Source: Fibrobacterales bacterium (GTDB lineage Bacteria > Fibrobacterota > Fibrobacteria > Fibrobacterales > JAOPTW01). From it: a stretch of DNA of 64,000 nt. The translations under genes and the position numbers were made by a program. Where the stretch lies: positions 1-64,000 of the forward strand of contig JAOPTX010000044.1 of assembly GCA_051532055.1 (NCBI GenBank). The letters run 5' to 3'. The notes beneath the pieces are model-generated. The model was not told where the DNA came from and did not search any database. It worked only from the letters and a program-made list of their open reading frames with translations. Shown here in pieces: positions 58,918 through 64,000 of the stretch (position 1 is the stretch's first letter; every line of letters begins with the position of its first letter).

Positions 58918-59637
58918 ATGTATCACAGTTTTCAATTTTCGCCTACAGAAGAGGAAGAAGAACTCATTCTTAAGGGGACGCTACTCAATGATTGGCTTAA
59001 TAAGCTTGATCCTGAAATGATTGTTCAGGGCCTTAATTTTCAATCGGCAGATTTTATCCAAAAAAAAGACGCTAAGCATTTACTCTTTTTGAAGCTTGAT
59101 TGTGATGCGGTCGATGAGCAAGGCAGAAGAATTAATGGTATTGTGATGCTTCGCGGTGGGGCTGTCGGTTGTTTCATTGTTTTACATTGTGACGATGAAA
59201 AATATGTACTGTATGTTGAGCAGTCTCGGATCGGCATTGGAATGCGTCGTTGTCCTGAAATTCCAGCAGGTATGCTCGATCATAGCAGTGATTATGAGAC
59301 TGTAATGCGTACTGAGCTTGAAGAAGAGGCCGCCCTTAAAACGGAGCCGGGAGAACTTATTGACTTGACCAAAGAGGTGCTTAAGATGGAGTCAAATGGC
59401 ATCTATTGTTCTGTGGGGGGGATGGATGAGTTCTTACGAATTTTTCTTTTAGAGCGCACAGTAGATCGAGCATTTATTAATGAATATCATAATAAGCATC
59501 GCATTCATGATGATGAAGATGAAGTGATACAGATAAAAATTGCACCGTATATCGAAGCGCGGAGAACGCTGGCTATTGATGCAAAAAATATTTGTGCATT
59601 TTACCTGTATGAAGAGTGGAGCAAGCGTCATGACTAG
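58918..59637 (+). CDS. NUDIX hydrolase (ADP-sugar/ADP-ribose pyrophosphatase-like)
   Basis: LFLKL, GIVMLRGGAV, EQSRI, EIPAGMLD...ELEEEA, SVGGMDE. Confidence 0.8.
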   Translation: MYHSFQFSPTEEEEELILKGTLLNDWLNKLDPEMIVQGLNFQSADFIQKKDAKHLLFLKLDCDAVDEQGRRINGIVMLRGGAVGCFIVLHCDDEKYVLYVEQSRIGIGMRRCPEIPAGMLDHSSDYETVMRTELEEEAALKTEPGELIDLTKEVLKMESNGIYCSVGGMDEFLRIFLLERTVDRAFINEYHNKHRIHDDEDEVIQIKIAPYIEARRTLAIDAKNICAFYLYEEWSKRHD

Positions 59638-61528
59638 TTCAGCATTAAAAATAGCCATTGGACAAATTGAAGTGGAACCAGGGCGCCCTGACCTTAATTT
59701 TATAACGATAGAGAAGAGTGTTGCAGAGGCCGTTGCTAAAAGTGCAGATATTATTGTCTTTCCAGAGTTTTGCCTTTCGGGGTATCTTATTGGTGACCTT
59801 TGGGAAGAGCGTTCCTTTGTTCAGGATTGTTTAACTTATGGCGATATGGTTCGTCGGCTTTCTCGTGAAATCTGCATTGTATTTGGTAATGTTGCGGTAG
59901 ATGAAATAGCTCTTGGGACCGACGGCAGGCGGATGAAATACAATGGACTCTATGTTGCTTATCAGCGAAAGTTTGTTCGATCAGAAAAGCTTGACCTTAA
60001 ATTCCAACCCAAAACGTTGTTACCCAATTATCGGGAGTTTGAAGAGAATCGACATTTTTCTGACCTCCAAGTACTTGCCCACACTCGCGGTACGACTGTA
60101 GCAGATCTTCTTGAACCATTTGTCGTTCCCTTTGAGGAAGCGCCTGTGCGCCTTGGTTGTATGCTTTGTGAAGATGGATGGGGCGATGACTATAGTCTTA
60201 ACCTTGTTGATATACTTGCACAGAAAGGAGTTGATATACTCCTTAACCTGAGTAGCTCTCCTTTTACCCTTGGTAAAAGTGATAAACGTGATCGTGTGTT
60301 TGCTGCACACGCTAAACGATCTGAAGTTCCTCTACTGTATGTCAATAATACTGGTATTCAGAATAATGCCAAAACAATATACTCCTTTGACGGACAAAGT
60401 ACTCTCTATGATTCAGAGGGGGGGACTGTTGTAAAGCTCCCCGCGTATCTTTCAACGGTATTTACTTGTTCTTTGAATATGACTGAATCCTATTTGAAAA
60501 TTGATCAAAAAGATGATGAGATACGGAGTGCAGAAATTGCACAATCGCTTCTCTACTCTGCTGAAAAATACATGAAGCAATGCGGATTAAAAAGAGTAGT
60601 CATAGGAGTTTCAGGTGGGATCGATTCTGCTGTAGCTGCAGCTCTGTATGGGCTGATTGTAGATTCTCACGACCTTCTTTTGGTTAATATGCCCAGTCAG
60701 TATAACTCTCAAACTACAAAAAACCTAGCGCGGGAGCTTGCAGAAAATATCGGCTGTTTTTATACTGATATTTCTATTGAGTCCTCAGTTGCGTTAACAG
60801 AAAAACAAATTAATACTCTAACCCTTCATGCACCTGATGGAGCATCAGAAGTTCTTTCTCTCTCTGATTTTCATCTCGAAAATGTACAAGCACGTGATCG
60901 ATCTTCCCGTATATTGGCAGCACTCTCATCTGCTTTTGGTGGGGTGTTTACCTGTAATGCTAATAAGGCCGAGACAACAGTTGGGTATTCTACTCTCTAT
61001 GGCGATCATGGTGGTTTTCTTGCACTTATCGCTGACCTTTGGAAAGAGCAAGTGTATGATTTGGGACGCTATTTAAATAATGAAAAATGGGGACGAGCGA
61101 TTATTCCCGAAGGTACCTTTACTATTGTTCCTTCTGCAGAATTGAGTGACACTCAAGATGTTGATGCGGATAAAGGGGACCCAATGGTTTACTGGTATCA
61201 CGACAGGCTTTTTCATTCCTGGATGCAACGATGGAATCGAGTGACACCTGAAGAGGTTCTCCAGTGGTACCACAAGGGAACACTGAATGATGAACTCAAC
61301 CTTCCTTATGATATTAAGTCGATTTTCCCTGAGGTTGCAGGTTTTGTAGATGATCTTGAGCGGTGGTGGAATTTATATAAAGGAATGGGCGTTGCAAAGC
61401 GAGTACAAGCGCCACCTGTTGTCGCGGTATCTCGACGTGCATTTGGGTTTGATTATCGAGAATCACTTATGAAGCCCTATTACACAATGACATATAAAAA
61501 GTTAAAAAGTAGACTTGGACTGGTGTAA
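59630..61528 (+). CDS. nadE: Glutamine-dependent NAD+ synthetase
   Basis: Nitrilase triad (FPE, K in KTLLPNY, CED) plus synthetase motifs SGGIDS, ENVQAR and GYSTLYGD. Confidence 0.95.
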   Translation: MTSSALKIAIGQIEVEPGRPDLNFITIEKSVAEAVAKSADIIVFPEFCLSGYLIGDLWEERSFVQDCLTYGDMVRRLSREICIVFGNVAVDEIALGTDGRRMKYNGLYVAYQRKFVRSEKLDLKFQPKTLLPNYREFEENRHFSDLQVLAHTRGTTVADLLEPFVVPFEEAPVRLGCMLCEDGWGDDYSLNLVDILAQKGVDILLNLSSSPFTLGKSDKRDRVFAAHAKRSEVPLLYVNNTGIQNNAKTIYSFDGQSTLYDSEGGTVVKLPAYLSTVFTCSLNMTESYLKIDQKDDEIRSAEIAQSLLYSAEKYMKQCGLKRVVIGVSGGIDSAVAAALYGLIVDSHDLLLVNMPSQYNSQTTKNLARELAENIGCFYTDISIESSVALTEKQINTLTLHAPDGASEVLSLSDFHLENVQARDRSSRILAALSSAFGGVFTCNANKAETTVGYSTLYGDHGGFLALIADLWKEQVYDLGRYLNNEKWGRAIIPEGTFTIVPSAELSDTQDVDADKGDPMVYWYHDRLFHSWMQRWNRVTPEEVLQWYHKGTLNDELNLPYDIKSIFPEVAGFVDDLERWWNLYKGMGVAKRVQAPPVVAVSRRAFGFDYRESLMKPYYTMTYKKLKSRLGLV

Positions 61529-61530
61529 GA

Positions 61531-61914
61531 TTATTTTTGCAGGTTATTAATTTCGATAACCTTTTCAATTTTTTCTTCAATTACTTTGGGCTCAAATGGT
61601 TTAACTACATAACTTGAAGCACCTGCTTGAATCGCTTCCATAATCTTATCTTTTGAAGATTCAGAAGTAACCATGATTACTGGTATATGCTTGAATGAAT
61701 CGGCTGACTTGATTGCTTTGAGGGCGGTAATACCATCCATATTAGGCATATTCCAATCCATCAGTACCAGACTTACATCTGAGTGCTGTCCGAGCATATC
61801 GAGGCACAATTGTCCATCACCTGCTTCAACAATATTATCGTAACCAATTCGACCTAGGGTATTTTTTTGGATTCTTCTCATAGTAGAGGAATCATCAACA
61901 AGCATAATTTTCAT
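61531..61914 (-). CDS. cheY: CheY-like single-domain response regulator (canonical)
   Basis: VDDSSTMRRI, DWNMPNMDG, MVTS, YVVKPF. Confidence 0.88.
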   Translation of the reverse strand: MKIMLVDDSSTMRRIQKNTLGRIGYDNIVEAGDGQLCLDMLGQHSDVSLVLMDWNMPNMDGITALKAIKSADSFKHIPVIMVTSESSKDKIMEAIQAGASSYVVKPFEPKVIEEKIEKVIEINNLQK

Positions 61915-62134
61915 AATCGTTCACTAGTAAATAGCATCGTTAAACAGTACCACACTAATCTTAAAAAAGGTATAACAAAATGGAAGATTATATAATTATG
62001 AAAACATCAGAACATTACTTTTTGATTGAGCTCTTTTCAATTACCCAATAGAATAATGGGTTTAAACGAGCTAATATGAGTACTTTTTAGGTAATTTTGA
62101 TGATTCAGTTATTTGTTAGTATTTGTTGGTGGCC

Positions 62135-62518
62135 TTATGTCGGGACCATGGAAGTACTTAAAATGGACTTAATTTTATTGATATAGTCTTTGGCATTAAA
62201 AGGCACCATAATATACCCGTTCACGCCAGCTTGAATCGCTTCCATCACTTTAAAACGGTCTTTTTGACTTGTTACCATAACAACGGGTGTATTTTGGTGA
62301 AGTGGATTTGACTTTATTGATTTTAAGGCAGAGAGCCCACTCATTGTAGGCATTTCCCAGTCGAGTAATACCAGACCAATCGTTGGATCTTCATCGAGCT
62401 TTTGTAGTGCCTCAGCACCATTGCGGGCCTCGACTATTTCGCTACATCCCATACTGTTGAGTGTATTTTTTTGCATTTTACGCATGATGAACGTATCGTC
62501 TACTAAAAGTATTCTCAT
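62135..62518 (-). CDS. CheY-like response regulator paralog lacking the conserved Lys
   Basis: VDDT, DWEMP and MVTS are present, but YIMVPF replaces Y..KPF. Confidence 0.8.
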   Translation of the reverse strand: MRILLVDDTFIMRKMQKNTLNSMGCSEIVEARNGAEALQKLDEDPTIGLVLLDWEMPTMSGLSALKSIKSNPLHQNTPVVMVTSQKDRFKVMEAIQAGVNGYIMVPFNAKDYINKIKSILSTSMVPT

Positions 62519-62770
62519 AAATTCTCACAGCTTATTTGTATTCGTGTTTCTAAAAGATATCCTAATTGGATACAGCTAGTTTACAAAAGTTTACAATTGT
62601 GGCTTGATACCATACAATGGGGGTCAAATTTATTCTTTTGTACAAAAAACCCAACTTTTAGAATAGTGAATAAAGACAAAATGCTCAAATTTAGCAATGA
62701 AAGGGAGGGGACAAATCTCTCTAATTTACGTATTATTGTGGCATAATAATTTATTAGATGTGAGGACATT

Positions 62771-64000
62771 GTGAGTGTATTGACCGAGAGTAAAGAGTGG
62801 GAAACCCTCGTTGACCATTATAATGAAACCCTTGACTGGCACATGCGTGATATGTTTGCTGCTGATAGTGACCGTGCAGAAAAATTTTCAAAAGAAGCGT
62901 GCGGAATTTTTCTTGATTATTCAAAGAATATCATTTCTGAGGATACTGTTAAGGGTCTGATAGATCTTTTAAAATCAAGTAAATATGAAGAACTTAAAGA
63001 GCAGATGTTTTCTGGTGGTATCGTTAATACTACAGAAAAACGTTCTGTACTCCACGTTGCACTTCGTAATTGTTCAAATTCACCTATTGAGGTTGACGGC
63101 GCAGATGTAATGCCTGGAATAAATGATGTCCTTGCAAAAATCGAAGCATTTACCAATAAGGTAAATAGCGGTGAGTGGAAAGGCCACACTGGAAAAGAGA
63201 TTAAAACAATAGTAAATATTGGTATTGGTGGTTCTGACCTCGGTCCCGTAATGGTCTACGAAGCACTCAAGTCTTTTAAACCTGAAAATACTCCTGAAGT
63301 ACTCTTTGTATCAAATGTAGATGGAACACACATCGCAGAGACACTTAAAAAAGTGAATATCGAAGAGACGCTTTTTCTTGTTGCTTCAAAAACATTTACG
63401 ACTCAAGAAACAATGACCAATGCACAGTCAGCAAAAGATGCGGTACTTGCAGCATTTGATGGTGATGAGACTTCAGTTGCGAAACACTTTGCGGCTCTTT
63501 CAACTAATGCTGAAGCAGTTTCAAAATTTGGTATTGATACTAAAAATATGTTTGAATTCTGGAACTGGGTTGGTGGTCGTTATTCCCTCTCATCAGCAAT
63601 TGGTACTCCTCTTGCACTGGGACTTGGTTGGGATAACTTTGCACAACTTCTCGAGGGTATGCACGAAATGGATAACCATTTCAAAACTGCGGCACCTGAA
63701 GAAAACCTTCCGGTAATTCTTGCACTTCTTGGTATTTGGTATAATAACTTTTATGGCGCAGAGTCATATACGATTCTTCCTTATGATCAATACATGCACC
63801 GTTTTGCAGCATACTTCCAACAGGCAGATATGGAGTCAAATGGCAAATCAGTAGATCGTGAATCAAATGTTGTTGATTATGAAACAGGGCCTATTCTTTG
63901 GGGCGAACCTGGTACTAATGGGCAACACGCCTTTTATCAGTTGATCCACCAAGGTACAAAATTGATTCCTTGTGATTTTATTGCTCCTGCAAATTCGCAA
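62771..64000 (+). CDS. pgi: Glucose-6-phosphate isomerase, 3'-truncated by the window edge (absent from the ORF track)
   Basis: Translated by hand from GTG 62771: [62 protein letters not shown]. Confidence 0.96.
   Translation, partial: MSVLTESKEWETLVDHYNETLDWHMRDMFAADSDRAEKFSKEACGIFLDYSKNIISEDTVKGLIDLLKSSKYEELKEQMFSGGIVNTTEKRSVLHVALRNCSNSPIEVDGADVMPGINDVLAKIEAFTNKVNSGEWKGHTGKEIKTIVNIGIGGSDLGPVMVYEALKSFKPENTPEVLFVSNVDGTHIAETLKKVNIEETLFLVASKTFTTQETMTNAQSAKDAVLAAFDGDETSVAKHFAALSTNAEAVSKFGIDTKNMFEFWNWVGGRYSLSSAIGTPLALGLGWDNFAQLLEGMHEMDNHFKTAAPEENLPVILALLGIWYNNFYGAESYTILPYDQYMHRFAAYFQQADMESNGKSVDRESNVVDYETGPILWGEPGTNGQHAFYQLIHQGTKLIPCDFIAPANSQ

Noticed and set aside
1..64000. CRISPR arrays, IS transposases, prophage, rRNA, and the many 60-157 aa overlapping or antisense ORFs in the track
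   Set aside because: No repeat-spacer periodicity and no transposase, phage or rRNA motifs seen by eye. The short ORFs lie within or overlap well-supported genes and lack motifs.

Overview
Dense, AT-rich bacterial chromosome segment, mostly housekeeping and signalling genes. The lineage is probably FCB group, most likely Fibrobacterota. This is an inference from the alpha2-type GlyRS, the mfd-PPIase-surA synteny, a PorV-like barrel and a fibro-slime-like C-terminal tail. Signalling: CHASE/PAS hybrid kinase, two REC-GGDEF cyclases, a cheA-cheW-cheB-cheR operon, two distant cheY genes and a PP2C/anti-sigma fusion. Housekeeping: efpL, mgtE, xerD, glyQS, ddl, tsaB, rimI, gcvP, dtd, gmhB, mfd, surA, ftsE, apbE, nadE, tRNA-Lys(UUU) and a pgi gene cut by the window edge. 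No CRISPR array, rRNA, transposase or prophage is visible. Most unusual items: (1) a diverged integron-integrase-like gene (box II His->Gln, no C-terminal tail, no attC seen) whose stop codon abuts a ~105-bp nested palindrome; (2) an adjacent two-gene module of a MoxR-like AAA+ ATPase and a 600-aa TraB/YehM-like protein with a degenerate vWA-like half; (3) an intact 906-aa GH2-fold protein that appears to lack both catalytic glutamates; (4) a FlhG/MinD-like ATPase coupled to a STAS-like/Zn-ribbon protein; (5) a CheY paralog lacking the conserved Lys. All calls come from reading motifs by eye; no searches were run.
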